Assembly (NCBI GenBank): GCA_964584495.1
Contig: CAZPAH010000001.1
Location: forward strand, 7,393 to 71,392
Source of the DNA: an uncultured bacterium
Lineage (GTDB): Bacteria; Krumholzibacteriota; Krumholzibacteriia; Krumholzibacteriales; Krumholzibacteriaceae
Direction: 5' to 3'
DNA length: 64,000 nucleotides
Shown: one piece after another, positions 39,327 to 49,225 of the stretch
Layout: the number at the start of each line of letters is the position of its first letter
How positions within the stretch are numbered: the stretch's first letter is position 1
Position numbers and translations under genes: made by a program
The notes under the pieces: generated by a model
Told to the model about the DNA's origin: nothing
Seen by the model: only the letters and a program-made list of their open reading frames with translations
Database searches by the model: none

Positions 39327-41111
39327 ATGGACAAACGTTCTTTTATCGCCGTGCTTCTTACATTCGCCGTTCTGTTGCTCTGGCAGTTCCTGTACATCGC
39401 CCCAAAGCAGAAAGAGGTGGTCGCAAGAAGGACGGCGGCGCTTCGTGAAAAAGCGGCAAGAGACTCTCTTGAGGCCCTTGACAAGGAGCAGGGAACGGAG
39501 ACGGCGGCTCAGGAGGGGGCCGGAGAAGGTGAAATCCGCGGCGAGACAAGCCGGAATTATGCCGAAACGGAAGGTTTCGCCGAGGCGGGCGGCGAGAAGC
39601 CGGAAAGGCTGATCTCGATAGACAACGGCAAGATCAGGGTGACCCTAAGCAGCCGCGGAGGGGAGCTGACCCAAGTTCAGCTTAAGGATTTCTCTAGGAA
39701 GAACGGGGGGCCGGTCGAGCTTATACCGGAAGGCAGGAGGGGAGCCCTCGCGCTGGCCCTCGAGAGGAACGGGATATGGGAAAAGCTCTCTGGAGTGGAT
39801 TTCGAGACGAGCATTGACGGACGTCCGGCCGGGGAGCGCGAAGATCTGGTCCTCGGCGAGGAGCGGCAAAGGGCAGAGGTTGTTTTCGCGTGGAGCGGAA
39901 AAGACGGGGAGCTGATCGAGAGAAGGTTCCATTTCGAAAGGGACAGTTACGAAGTAACGGTTTCGGTCAGGATTGACAGAGAGGGAGGGCTGAGGAGGAG
40001 CTCGGCATATTCGATATCATGGGACTCCGGAATGGCCCTTAACGAGAAGGACGTTAAGGGGGAGATGAGGCAGGCGGCCGCCCTCGGAATGGTCGGCCAG
40101 GAGTTCTTCAAGGAATCCGCCGGAAAGCTCAAAAAGACGGAAAAGAAGACGCAGGAGGGGATGGTCGTCTGGGCTGGAGCTCGGACGAAGTATTTCGTCA
40201 GCGCCCTTATCGCCGAGAAGCAGAGAACGAGCGTGCTGGAGCTGCTTGGAGACAGCGGCACGGGAACGGCGGGTTACGGAATAGAGTACCCGTTCGGGGG
40301 AGACCCCAGGTTCGTAGACGATTCCTTCAAATGCTATCTCGGCCCCCTGGACATGTATGCCCTGAAGGGATACGGGGTAGGGCTGGAAAAAGCGATAGAC
40401 CTCGGGAGGCTCAGGTTCTTCAGCGTGTTCATTCTGAGGCTGATGGTCTGGATGAAGAGGTTCATACCCAATTACGGGGTGATAATTATCATCCTTTCGG
40501 TGCTGACCAAGATACTTTTCTACAGGCTTTCTCACAAGAGCTTCAAATCGATGAAGGATATGCAGAGGCTTCAGCCGAAGCTCAAGGAGATTCAGGAGAA
40601 GTACAAGGATAACAAGGACAGGCTTAACAAAGAGACGATGAAGATGTACAAGGAGGCGGGAGTGAATCCGCTGGGAGGGTGCCTGCCGCTGCTCTTCCAG
40701 ATGCCGGTCTTCATCGCGCTGTTCAACGTTCTGAGGAACACTATCGAGCTGAGAAGCGCTCCGTTCGTGTTGTGGATGAACGATCTGTCATCGCCCGATG
40801 TGCTGTTCGATTTCAGGGCAAAACTTCCCCTCATAGGAAGCGAATTCCACCTCCTTCCGATACTGATGGGGCTGGCGATGTATCTTCAGTCGAAGCTGGG
40901 GGGATCGCCGACGGGGGAGACGGCCACGACGGCCCAGACGAAGATGATGTCCTCGATGATGCCGATCGTGCTGACGTTCGTGTTTTACAACATGCCTTCG
41001 GGGCTAGTACTTTACTGGTTCGTCAACAACATTCTCTCGATAGTGCAGCAGTATTACGTTCACAAGGCGGCGGATGCGGAAACGGCCGGTGCCGAGGCGG
41101 CAAAAGCTTGA
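39327..41111 (+). CDS. yidC: membrane protein insertase YidC
   Basis: N-terminal TM, periplasmic domain, conserved C-terminal 5-TM core (GGCLPLLFQMPVFIALF...). Confidence 0.9.
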   Translation: MDKRSFIAVLLTFAVLLLWQFLYIAPKQKEVVARRTAALREKAARDSLEALDKEQGTETAAQEGAGEGEIRGETSRNYAETEGFAEAGGEKPERLISIDNGKIRVTLSSRGGELTQVQLKDFSRKNGGPVELIPEGRRGALALALERNGIWEKLSGVDFETSIDGRPAGEREDLVLGEERQRAEVVFAWSGKDGELIERRFHFERDSYEVTVSVRIDREGGLRRSSAYSISWDSGMALNEKDVKGEMRQAAALGMVGQEFFKESAGKLKKTEKKTQEGMVVWAGARTKYFVSALIAEKQRTSVLELLGDSGTGTAGYGIEYPFGGDPRFVDDSFKCYLGPLDMYALKGYGVGLEKAIDLGRLRFFSVFILRLMVWMKRFIPNYGVIIIILSVLTKILFYRLSHKSFKSMKDMQRLQPKLKEIQEKYKDNKDRLNKETMKMYKEAGVNPLGGCLPLLFQMPVFIALFNVLRNTIELRSAPFVLWMNDLSSPDVLFDFRAKLPLIGSEFHLLPILMGLAMYLQSKLGGSPTGETATTAQTKMMSSMMPIVLTFVFYNMPSGLVLYWFVNNILSIVQQYYVHKAADAETAGAEAAKA

Positions 41112-41240
41112 GGCGGGAAAAAAACAACGTCGAGGAAAGGAAATATCCAGGGCCCGCATGGGGTCCAAGACGGGGAAGTATTATTGAAAGGGAATAAATC
41201 AATATTCAGAATATCTTACTAATAGAACGGGAGCGGAACC

Positions 41241-41939
41241 ATGGCACTGGGAAGGAGAACCGAGAAAAAGACGAAACAGGCGATCGAGGCCAGCGGCAAG
41301 ACCGTGGAGAAGGCCCTCGAAAAGGCGCTGAAATCGATGGGCGCGAAAGTGGAAGAGGTTGAGATTGAAATTATAGATCCCGGACAGAAGGGAGTTCTCA
41401 ACATCTTCGGGGCGCGGGAGGCGAAGATAAGGATCACTAGGAAAAAAGACTCCAAGGGGATCGAGGAGATAACAGACGAAGTGGCGAAGTCTATAATGAA
41501 TTGCCTCGACGTGAGCTACAGGATATTCGCCGACACGGTAGACGACACGACATACATAAATATAGAAACGGCGGGGGTGGACGGCCTGCTGATAGGCCGG
41601 AAAGGGGACACTCTCAATTCGCTTCAGCACCTCGTGGGAAGGATAGTTTCGCGTAGGATGGGCGGATACCAGAGGTTGACGCTGGATGTCGGCGGATACC
41701 TCAAGAACAGGCAGGAAATTCTGAAGCAGAAGGCGGTGAAGGCGGCGGAGAGAGCCCGGCAGACCAGCCGCGAGGTAAGCCTGGAACCGATGAAAGCCTC
41801 GGAAAGAAGGATAGTGCACATGGTGCTGGCCGAAGAGGAAGGCGTCACGACGTACACGGTCGGTAACGGCGAGATGCGGAAGGTCTTCGTCTCTCCGGTG
41901 AGAGGGACGGAGAAGAAGAGCCGGTTCAACAGAAGATAG
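41241..41939 (+). CDS. jag: Jag/KhpB-family RNA-binding protein (Jag_N, KH and R3H domains)
   Basis: Domain order and conserved position after yidC; R3H-like C-terminus. Confidence 0.8.
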   Translation: MALGRRTEKKTKQAIEASGKTVEKALEKALKSMGAKVEEVEIEIIDPGQKGVLNIFGAREAKIRITRKKDSKGIEEITDEVAKSIMNCLDVSYRIFADTVDDTTYINIETAGVDGLLIGRKGDTLNSLQHLVGRIVSRRMGGYQRLTLDVGGYLKNRQEILKQKAVKAAERARQTSREVSLEPMKASERRIVHMVLAEEEGVTTYTVGNGEMRKVFVSPVRGTEKKSRFNRR

Positions 41940-41942
41940 AGC

Positions 41943-43304
41943 ATGAAAAGGGACACGATCGTCGCCCTCGGCACTCCGCCGGGCGAGGCGGGCATCGCGG
42001 TGATAAGGATCTCGGGCCGGCGCGCCGTGGAGATACTCTCGGCGATGGCGCCGGGAGCGGACCGATGGGAATCGCATAAACTCCACAAAAAAATACTTCG
42101 CGGAACGCAGGGAGAGTATCTCGACGAGGTTCTCGCCGTTGTGATGAGGTCCCCCGATTCGTATACGGGAGAGGACGTGGTGGAGATCTCCTGCCACGGG
42201 AACATGTTCCTGACGACGTCGATCATCGATGAGGCGATACGTCTCGGAGCCGTTTCGGCCGGACCGGGGGAGTTTACAAGGCGGGCCTACCTTAACGGAA
42301 AGCTCGATCTCGTGCAGGCGGAAGCGGTGGCGGACCTGATTGCCGCAGAAACGAGGCTGCAGAGCAGGGTGGCGCTCGAGCACCTCGAGGGCCGGCTATC
42401 AAGAAACGTGAGAGAGATAGAGCGGGAGCTTCTGGAAAGCCTCTCGTTGGTCGAGGCGGCGATAGATTTTTCAGAGGAAGATATTGAGATTTGGTCTTAC
42501 CGTGAAATCAAGGAAAGATCCGGTAAGATCAGGAAGAAGCTCCTTTCGCTTATCGATTCGCAGAAAGACGGGAACAAGCTGAGAAAAGGGATCAGGGTCA
42601 CCATACTCGGCCCGAGAAACGCCGGAAAAAGCAGCCTTTACAATGCGCTGCTGGGGGAGGAGAGGGCTATAGTCTCGGCCGTCCCGGGAACCACCCGGGA
42701 TCTTCTAAGGGAGAGGATTCACATAGGAGGATTCACGTATCACCTGGAAGATACCGCGGGGATAGCGGAAACGGGATGCGAGATAGAGTCGAGGGGTATA
42801 TCGATGGGACGGGAGGCGGCGAGAGGGGCCGATCTGGTCTTGTTCGTGGTCGATGGGGCGGCCGACTGGTCCGTCGAGGCCGAGAGGGAGCTCGACGGCA
42901 TAGACCCGGGAAACTGCATAGTCGTGCTTAACAAGAGCGACCTGGGGATCAAGGAAGATCCCAAGGAGATCTCCGCCAGGAGCGGGATACAGAGGGTATT
43001 GACCGTCTCGGCGAAAGAGGGAGAGGGGCTGGATAACCTGAGGGAGGGGATCCTGGAGAAGACCGTCGAGGGGAAGGGATCCGAGATAAGAAGGGAAAGG
43101 ATCGCCGTAAACGCAAGGCAGGGAGCGGCGCTCAGAGAAGCCGCCGAAGCCCTCGAGAGGCTGGAGAATGGCCGCGATGGTGGAGAGGAGATAGTTAGCC
43201 TCGAGCTGAGAGAGGCGATAGAGGCCTGCGGGAAGGTGACGGGACGGTCGGTTGCGCAAGATCTTCTCGACATGATATTCGACAGATTTTGTATCGGCAA
43301 GTGA
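41943..43304 (+). CDS. mnmE: tRNA modification GTPase MnmE
   Basis: N-terminal THF-binding domain, G-domain motifs (GPRNAGKSSL, DTAG, NKSD), C-terminal CIGK. Confidence 0.9.
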   Translation: MKRDTIVALGTPPGEAGIAVIRISGRRAVEILSAMAPGADRWESHKLHKKILRGTQGEYLDEVLAVVMRSPDSYTGEDVVEISCHGNMFLTTSIIDEAIRLGAVSAGPGEFTRRAYLNGKLDLVQAEAVADLIAAETRLQSRVALEHLEGRLSRNVREIERELLESLSLVEAAIDFSEEDIEIWSYREIKERSGKIRKKLLSLIDSQKDGNKLRKGIRVTILGPRNAGKSSLYNALLGEERAIVSAVPGTTRDLLRERIHIGGFTYHLEDTAGIAETGCEIESRGISMGREAARGADLVLFVVDGAADWSVEAERELDGIDPGNCIVVLNKSDLGIKEDPKEISARSGIQRVLTVSAKEGEGLDNLREGILEKTVEGKGSEIRRERIAVNARQGAALREAAEALERLENGRDGGEEIVSLELREAIEACGKVTGRSVAQDLLDMIFDRFCIGK

Positions 43305-43342
43305 AAGCCTAACACCTAGACTTAAAATGATATATACGGTTA

Positions 43343-45310
43343 TTGATAATGATTACGAATAAAAAACCCGGTGACAGGTACGAGGTGATCGTTGTGGGCG
43401 GGGGCCATGCGGGATGTGAGGCGTCGCTTGCCGCGGCGAGAATGGGCGCCTCGACACTTCTCCTCACGATAAACAGGCATGATATTGCACGAATGCCCTG
43501 CAACCCGGCGATAGGCGGGCTGGCCAAAGGACAGCTGGTAAGGGAGATTGACGCTCTGGGGGGCGAGATGGCGCTCTGTATCGATAAGGCGGGTATACAG
43601 TTCAGAATGCTGAACAGGGCAAAGGGGCCGGCCGTATGGTCGCCGAGGGCGCAGGCGGACAAGAAGCTCTACCACGAGAGGATGATGGAGGCGATAGAGG
43701 GGGAAGGGACGCTGGATCTTGCGGAAGGGGAGGTCACGGCGCTGATTGTCGATTCAGGGGTGGTGAAAGGGGTGGAAGTAGACGGGGGAGGAGCGATTTA
43801 CGGACAGGTAGTCATCCTGGCGCTGGGCACGTTTCCTAACGGGTTGATGCATATCGGCGAGAAAAAGATACCCGGAGGAAGAGAGGGAGAGCCCCCTTCG
43901 AATCTGCTCTCGGATCAGCTCGAATCCCTGGGGTTGGAGCGAAAGCGATTGAAAACGGGCACACCGGCCAGGCTGAGAAAAGGATCGATAGATTTCTCAA
44001 GGTGCGAGCTGCAGCCGGGGGATGAAGTTCCGTCACCTTTCTCGTTCAGGACGGATAAGATAGAAATCGAACAGGTGCCGTGCCATATTACCGCGACCAA
44101 CCGGCGTACTCACGAGATAATAAGGAGAAACGTTCACAGGGCCCCCCTGTTCACCGGACAGATCCGGGGGCTGGGGCCCAGATACTGCCCATCGATAGAG
44201 GATAAGGTCTTCAGGTTCGCCGAGCGGGAAAGACACCAGGTTTTCCTAGAGCCCGAGGGAAGGGAGTCCGAGGAGATATATGTAAACGGAATGTCTACAA
44301 GTCTTCCCGCAGACGTGCAGCTGGAGATGATAAAGACGGTGCCGGGGCTGGAGGATGCGGAGATAGTCAGGTACGGCTATGCGATCGAGTATGATTTTTT
44401 CCCGCCGTGGCAGGTAACGCCGGCCCTCAGATCGAGAAGGTTGGAGGGGCTTTACTTCGCAGGACAAGTCAACGGAACGTCCGGGTATGAGGAGGCGGCG
44501 GCCCAGGGGATTATGACGGGGATAAATGCGGCGCTGGAGCTACGCCGGGAACGGCCCCTCCTTCTGGGACGGCACGAGGCTTATATAGGAGTAATGATTG
44601 ATGATCTCGTAACTAAAGATATAGACGAGCCATACAGAATGTTCACCTCGAGGGCGGAGCACAGGCTGATGCTGAGGCAGGATAATGCGGATGAAAGGCT
44701 GATGAAATATGGAGCGAGGTTGAAGCTCATCGACCGGGCGCTGTGGGAGAAAACGGTCGAAAGGCGAAAGAACGTGGAAAGGGCGAGGAGAAGGATGAGT
44801 TCGGAGATCGTTCCGCAGGAGTTGTGCAGATCGATACCGGGCGCGGGGGGGCCGGACGGTATGGGAATCGCGAGGACGGGCCTCAAGCTCAGCCTGCTTC
44901 CGGGGATAGGCCTTGATGATATCGAGGGGTTGCTTCCTGGCGGCCGGTTGCACCTCAGCGTGCGGGAAATGGAGATGCTTTCGATAAGGATCAAGTACGA
45001 TGGATACATAAGAAGGCAGAAGAAGATCGCTGAGAAGCTGATGCGCATGGACAGGATTTCGATTCCAGAAGAATTCTCTTACGACATACAAGCCCTATCT
45101 ACCGAGGCGAGGGAAAAGCTGAAGAAATTCAGGCCCGAAACGCTGGGGCAGGCCTCCAGGATATCGGGAGTCAGGATTTCTGACCTGTCTATCCTGATGG
45201 TGTTCATTGACAGGCTCGGGGAGGAAAGGACGGAACCGGGGCGGGATGGAAGGAAGGACGGGAAGGCGGCCGGATGGGGGGTGCGGAATGAGGAACGAAG
45301 AGATCCTTGA
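43343..45310 (+). CDS. mnmG: tRNA uridine 5-carboxymethylaminomethyl modification enzyme MnmG (GidA), with short non-conserved C-terminal tail
   Basis: FAD-binding VIVVGGGHAGCEA, full-length GidA similarity; last ~25 aa Arg/Gly-rich and overlap rsmG start. Confidence 0.9.
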   Translation: MIMITNKKPGDRYEVIVVGGGHAGCEASLAAARMGASTLLLTINRHDIARMPCNPAIGGLAKGQLVREIDALGGEMALCIDKAGIQFRMLNRAKGPAVWSPRAQADKKLYHERMMEAIEGEGTLDLAEGEVTALIVDSGVVKGVEVDGGGAIYGQVVILALGTFPNGLMHIGEKKIPGGREGEPPSNLLSDQLESLGLERKRLKTGTPARLRKGSIDFSRCELQPGDEVPSPFSFRTDKIEIEQVPCHITATNRRTHEIIRRNVHRAPLFTGQIRGLGPRYCPSIEDKVFRFAERERHQVFLEPEGRESEEIYVNGMSTSLPADVQLEMIKTVPGLEDAEIVRYGYAIEYDFFPPWQVTPALRSRRLEGLYFAGQVNGTSGYEEAAAQGIMTGINAALELRRERPLLLGRHEAYIGVMIDDLVTKDIDEPYRMFTSRAEHRLMLRQDNADERLMKYGARLKLIDRALWEKTVERRKNVERARRRMSSEIVPQELCRSIPGAGGPDGMGIARTGLKLSLLPGIGLDDIEGLLPGGRLHLSVREMEMLSIRIKYDGYIRRQKKIAEKLMRMDRISIPEEFSYDIQALSTEAREKLKKFRPETLGQASRISGVRISDLSILMVFIDRLGEERTEPGRDGRKDGKAAGWGVRNEERRDP

Positions 45311-45974
45311 GAATATCGAGCGGCATGGAGCCCGGCTTACGGAGGGGGCTCAAAGGGAGATGATGGAGCGGTATATCGAAGAGCTCGTTCTGTGGGGCCG
45401 GAGGATGCATTTGGTTGGAAAGAAGAGGTTCGAGGAGACACTGAGCGCCCAGATCGTCGATTCGCTGGCGATGCTCGAGTTCGCCGAAGATCTTCCCGGT
45501 TCGCCATTGGCACGGGAGAACGAAGCGCTTGCCCCGGGCGCAGGGGGAGGAGAGGGCGGAAAAACCTATCGGCCCAAGGTCGCCGACATCGGCACGGGGC
45601 CGGGCTTTCCGGGGATGGTGTGGAAGATCGCATCGCCTTCCCTCGAGATTACACTCTTCGAGAGGAAGGAAAGGACATCGCTTTTTCTTGAGAGGGTGAC
45701 GGCTCGGCTGAAGCTGGAGGGGATAAAGGCGGTTTGCGCCGATGCCGTAGCGTACGGCGGGAAATTCGATTTGGTCGTATCGAAAGCGGCCGGAAAGCTG
45801 GAGGCTATGCTCCCGGTGGCGGCGGAGCTTCTGACCCCGGGGGGGATCTATGTTACGATAAAGGGGGCAGGGTCGGAGGGCGAACTTTCACAGGCCGGGG
45901 CGGCGGGCGGGAGGTTGGCGGCGCAGAAGAGGTCTCCGTCGGGGAACGGGGTGATCCTGGCATACGCGATCTAG
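45288..45974 (+). CDS. rsmG: 16S rRNA (guanine527-N7)-methyltransferase RsmG (GidB)
   Basis: SAM-binding DIGTGPGFPG; start set at ATG 45288 (MRNEEILENIERHG) rather than the ORF-track start 45207 inside mnmG. Confidence 0.8.
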   Translation: MRNEEILENIERHGARLTEGAQREMMERYIEELVLWGRRMHLVGKKRFEETLSAQIVDSLAMLEFAEDLPGSPLARENEALAPGAGGGEGGKTYRPKVADIGTGPGFPGMVWKIASPSLEITLFERKERTSLFLERVTARLKLEGIKAVCADAVAYGGKFDLVVSKAAGKLEAMLPVAAELLTPGGIYVTIKGAGSEGELSQAGAAGGRLAAQKRSPSGNGVILAYAI

Positions 45975-45994
45975 CAAGACCCTGAACCACATGC

Positions 45995-46010
45995 CGTTTC
46001 ACGTGAAACA
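45995..46010. promoter_or_regulatory. parS centromere-like site (15/16 match: CGTTTCACGTGAAACA)
   Basis: Matches universal parS consensus TGTTTCACGTGAAACA except first base. Confidence 0.8.
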
Positions 46011-46050
46011 ACACCGGATGGGACGATTGTAATCATGGGCAACACCCCCC

Positions 46051-46066
46051 TGTTTCACGTGAAACA
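46051..46066. promoter_or_regulatory. parS centromere-like site (perfect 16/16: TGTTTCACGTGAAACA)
   Basis: Exact parS palindrome 56 bp from the first copy, about 1.45 kb upstream of parA. Confidence 0.85.
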
Positions 46067-46197
46067 GAAAGCTGAATCCACGCCGGGAGAGGGGCGGCTT
46101 CTAGAGCAACTTCTTGTTTTTCGGCCCCGCACGCCGTATCTTTCAAAAGAATGCCGTGGGAGATCCGAGGTTTTCGGCGGCTAAAAAACTTTTTTCG

Positions 46198-46226
46198 TTG
46201 ATTTATTCGGGGTGCATACCTATAAT
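46198..46226 (+). promoter_or_regulatory. sigma70-type promoter (TTGATT - 17 nt - TATAAT) for beta-helix lipoprotein gene
   Basis: Near-consensus -35, 17-nt spacer, perfect -10, then AAAGGAG RBS 46247-46253 and ATG 46260. Confidence 0.6.
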
Positions 46227-46259
46227 CCCAACGCCCACCGACAAAAAAAGGAGTGGAGG

Positions 46260-47486
46260 ATGTTGTCCAAAGGCTTTGTTTTCCCGTGGTTGCTCGCATT
46301 ATCAACCGCAGCCGGCCTCTTCGCCGGTTGCGACGAAACGGTAAATTTTTCGAACGATCCCCCAGGAGCGGTAACGATCGAAGGAGATCTCTGTTATATC
46401 GCTACGGAGGGGACGATTCAGCTTACCTGCAGCAGCACCGATCCGAACGGGGATCCTGTGACCTTCAAGTGGACGGCGACGGGCGGAACATTCTCTCCTA
46501 CCGACGAGGGGGAGTCGGTCACATGGGAAGCGCCCTATACCCCAGGGGTTTATTACGTTACGGCGACGGCATCGGACGGGATCGCCTCGAGGTCCGGATC
46601 GATCCAGATCAATGTTGGGGAAGTCGTCACCGAGGTTATCGGTTCTGTCTACCTTCAGGATAGCGGGTATTCCTATTTCCTGAGCGGAAACGATCCGTTA
46701 GTGATCGAGTCTGGGAACACGCTGAGGATCGAGGCCGGTGTAAAAATCGTTGTGGATCAACCCACCGGGGGGCTTCAAGTCGAGGGGACCCTCTTGGTGG
46801 AGGGGACGAACGACGACAAGGTGATTTTTCAGCCTAACGCCTGCCCCGACGAAACAGGATCGTGGCAGGGGATCAAGTTCGTGGGGGCGCAAGCCAGCGG
46901 AACCCTTCGTCATTGTAATATAGTATCGGCGAATAAGGGGGTCTGGGCGATAGACGGCGCCTCGGTCGATATGGACACTTGTCTCGTAGACGTCGGGCTT
47001 GACGTTGGAGTCTCGGTGGAGGAAGCCGCTACGATTAATATAACAGGCGGCAAGATATGGGATAACGCAGGGGGTGGAGTGCTTGTCCGCAACGGATTTC
47101 TAACGGTGGATAACGCATCTGTAAGGTACAACACGAACTTCGGGATCAGGCTGATAGCCGAGCTGATCAACTCCCCGTTCGGCGCCGAGGTGACCGGTTC
47201 TGTAATAGCGAACAATTCCCCCTTCGGGTTTTACCTCTCTGAATATGCGTATCCCTTCATAAATGGGAATTCCCTCTTCTTCAACGAGGATAACGGGGGT
47301 TACGGTTATGCGGTATACCTTCACTCCTATTTCTATGAAACTGATATAAATGCGACGGGGAACTATTGGGGCGCCGTCGATTCCGTCTCGATAGCGGATA
47401 TGATCTTCGACAAGGCCGACGACCCTGTACACCTGAGCGCGTATGTAGATTTCTCGGGATGGCTGACCAGCCAGCCCCTCCGGTAA
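46260..47486 (+). CDS. secreted/lipoprotein with Ig-like (PKD-like) domain and parallel right-handed beta-helix repeats
   Basis: Lipobox LFAGC; Ig-like segment DPNGDPVTFKWTATGGTF...GVYYVTATASDG; repeated G..V....N-type beta-helix turns. Confidence 0.55.
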   Translation: MLSKGFVFPWLLALSTAAGLFAGCDETVNFSNDPPGAVTIEGDLCYIATEGTIQLTCSSTDPNGDPVTFKWTATGGTFSPTDEGESVTWEAPYTPGVYYVTATASDGIASRSGSIQINVGEVVTEVIGSVYLQDSGYSYFLSGNDPLVIESGNTLRIEAGVKIVVDQPTGGLQVEGTLLVEGTNDDKVIFQPNACPDETGSWQGIKFVGAQASGTLRHCNIVSANKGVWAIDGASVDMDTCLVDVGLDVGVSVEEAATINITGGKIWDNAGGGVLVRNGFLTVDNASVRYNTNFGIRLIAELINSPFGAEVTGSVIANNSPFGFYLSEYAYPFINGNSLFFNEDNGGYGYAVYLHSYFYETDINATGNYWGAVDSVSIADMIFDKADDPVHLSAYVDFSGWLTSQPLR

Positions 47487-47517
47487 TGCTGTCTGCGTGA
47501 AAGGCGCGAAACCTGTT

Positions 47518-48336
47518 ATGGGAAAAATAATTGCGATAGCGAACCAGAAAGGCGGAGTAGGAAAGACTACTACGGCGGTAAATCTTAGCGCCAGCCTGGG
47601 AGCTATCGAGGAGAAGGTTCTTCTCGTAGATGTGGATCCTCAGGCGAACGCCAGCAGCGGGCTTGGAGTGAGGCCGGCGGACGGGGACAAGACTATATAC
47701 GAAGCGCTGATAGGAGACACGCCGGTGGGGGAGATTATTAGACGGACGGAGCTAACGGACCTTGTGCCGGCGCACCCGAGATTGATCGGGGCCGAGATCG
47801 AGCTGGTCTCGCAGATCGCTAGGGAGAGGAAGCTGAAGGGGGCTCTTTCCGATATTCGGGACGATTACGATTTCTTGATAATCGATTGCCCGCCCAGCCT
47901 CGGGCTCCTTACGCTGAACACTCTGACTGCGGCGGACACAGTTCTGATACCTATACAGTGCGAGTATTACGCGCTGGAAGGCTTGAGCCAGCTCCTCGGG
48001 ACGATAAGGATGGTGCAGAAGCATCTGAACCCCGATCTCAGGATCGAGGGGGTTCTTCTGACGATGTTCGATAAGAGGCTGAAGCTGTCGAGCCAGGTCG
48101 CCGATGAGGCGATCTCGTACTTCGGCGATAAGGTGTACGATAATATTATCCCCAGAAACGTGAGGCTGAGCGAGTGCCCGAGCTTCGGGAAGCCCGTTAT
48201 TCTCTATGACGTGTCTAGCGCAGGCGCCAAAAGCTATTTGAAGCTTGCCGCCGAGCTGCTCGAGAAGCAGAAGGGACAAAGGGCGGCCGCAGGTCGGAAA
48301 GAAAGGCTCTACGGGGCGAGAGAGGGTGTGAAATGA
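47518..48336 (+). CDS. parA: chromosome partitioning ATPase ParA (Soj)
   Basis: MGKIIAIANQKGGVGKTTT deviant Walker A, full-length Soj similarity. Confidence 0.9.
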   Translation: MGKIIAIANQKGGVGKTTTAVNLSASLGAIEEKVLLVDVDPQANASSGLGVRPADGDKTIYEALIGDTPVGEIIRRTELTDLVPAHPRLIGAEIELVSQIARERKLKGALSDIRDDYDFLIIDCPPSLGLLTLNTLTAADTVLIPIQCEYYALEGLSQLLGTIRMVQKHLNPDLRIEGVLLTMFDKRLKLSSQVADEAISYFGDKVYDNIIPRNVRLSECPSFGKPVILYDVSSAGAKSYLKLAAELLEKQKGQRAAAGRKERLYGAREGVK

Positions 48337-49187
48337 GAAAAAAGGTGCTGGGAAGGGGCCTCGAGGCTCTCATTTCGCGCGACCTGAAGGAAAGCGTGTC
48401 GGAGACCGAGCGCGTGATGGAGCTCGAGGTAGATCTCATAGATCCCAACCCCAACCAGCCGAGAAAAGATTTTGACGGCAAGAATCTTGAAGAGCTCGCA
48501 GCCTCGATCAGGGAGAACGGAGTTCTCCAGCCCGTAGTGGTGAGAAGGGCGGGGGAGCGCTACGAGCTCATCGTCGGAGAGCGTAGATTCAGGGCTTCCG
48601 CACTGGCGGGGAAGCGTACCCTGCCGGCGATAGTGAGGGATGTTGGCGACGACGAATCCCTGAGATTCGCGCTGATGGAAAACCTTCAGAGGGAAGACCT
48701 GAATCCGGTTGAGGAGGCCAGGGGATACATGGCGCTTCAGGAGGGGTACGGGATGTCGGTTAAAGAGATCGCCGCGATGATAGGAAAGGACAGAAGCACC
48801 GTTGCCAATACGCTGAGACTCCTCAACCTGCCTGAAAAGATTCTCCTTCTTCTTCAAGAAGGAAGGTTGAAGGCCGGTCACGCGAGGGCCCTGCTGTCGA
48901 TAGAGGGGGAGAAGGCCCAGCTCGAGTGGGCCGGGCAGGTGATAGAGAACGGGTTCTCGGTAAGGGAGATAGAGACCAGCCTCAAGAGGAAAAAAGACGG
49001 AAGGAGGAGGTCGAGAAAGCGCTCGGACCCGATGATCAGGGAGATGGAAGAGAGGGCGGAAAGGGTATTCGGCACAAGGGTGAGGATAGTGGAACGAAAA
49101 AAAGGTGGGGTGGTGTCGATCGAGTACTACTCCAGCGAGGAGCTTGAAGGGATACTGGAGAAGATGGGCGTTGAAACGCAAAGCTGA
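48333..49187 (+). CDS. parB: chromosome partitioning protein ParB (Spo0J)
   Basis: ParB N-domain GERRFRA box, HTH, start overlaps parA stop. Confidence 0.9.
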   Translation: MRKKVLGRGLEALISRDLKESVSETERVMELEVDLIDPNPNQPRKDFDGKNLEELAASIRENGVLQPVVVRRAGERYELIVGERRFRASALAGKRTLPAIVRDVGDDESLRFALMENLQREDLNPVEEARGYMALQEGYGMSVKEIAAMIGKDRSTVANTLRLLNLPEKILLLLQEGRLKAGHARALLSIEGEKAQLEWAGQVIENGFSVREIETSLKRKKDGRRRSRKRSDPMIREMEERAERVFGTRVRIVERKKGGVVSIEYYSSEELEGILEKMGVETQS

Positions 49188-49225
49188 GTGGGGGTCGATA
49201 TAGGGCGGCACCGCGGGATAGAGGG

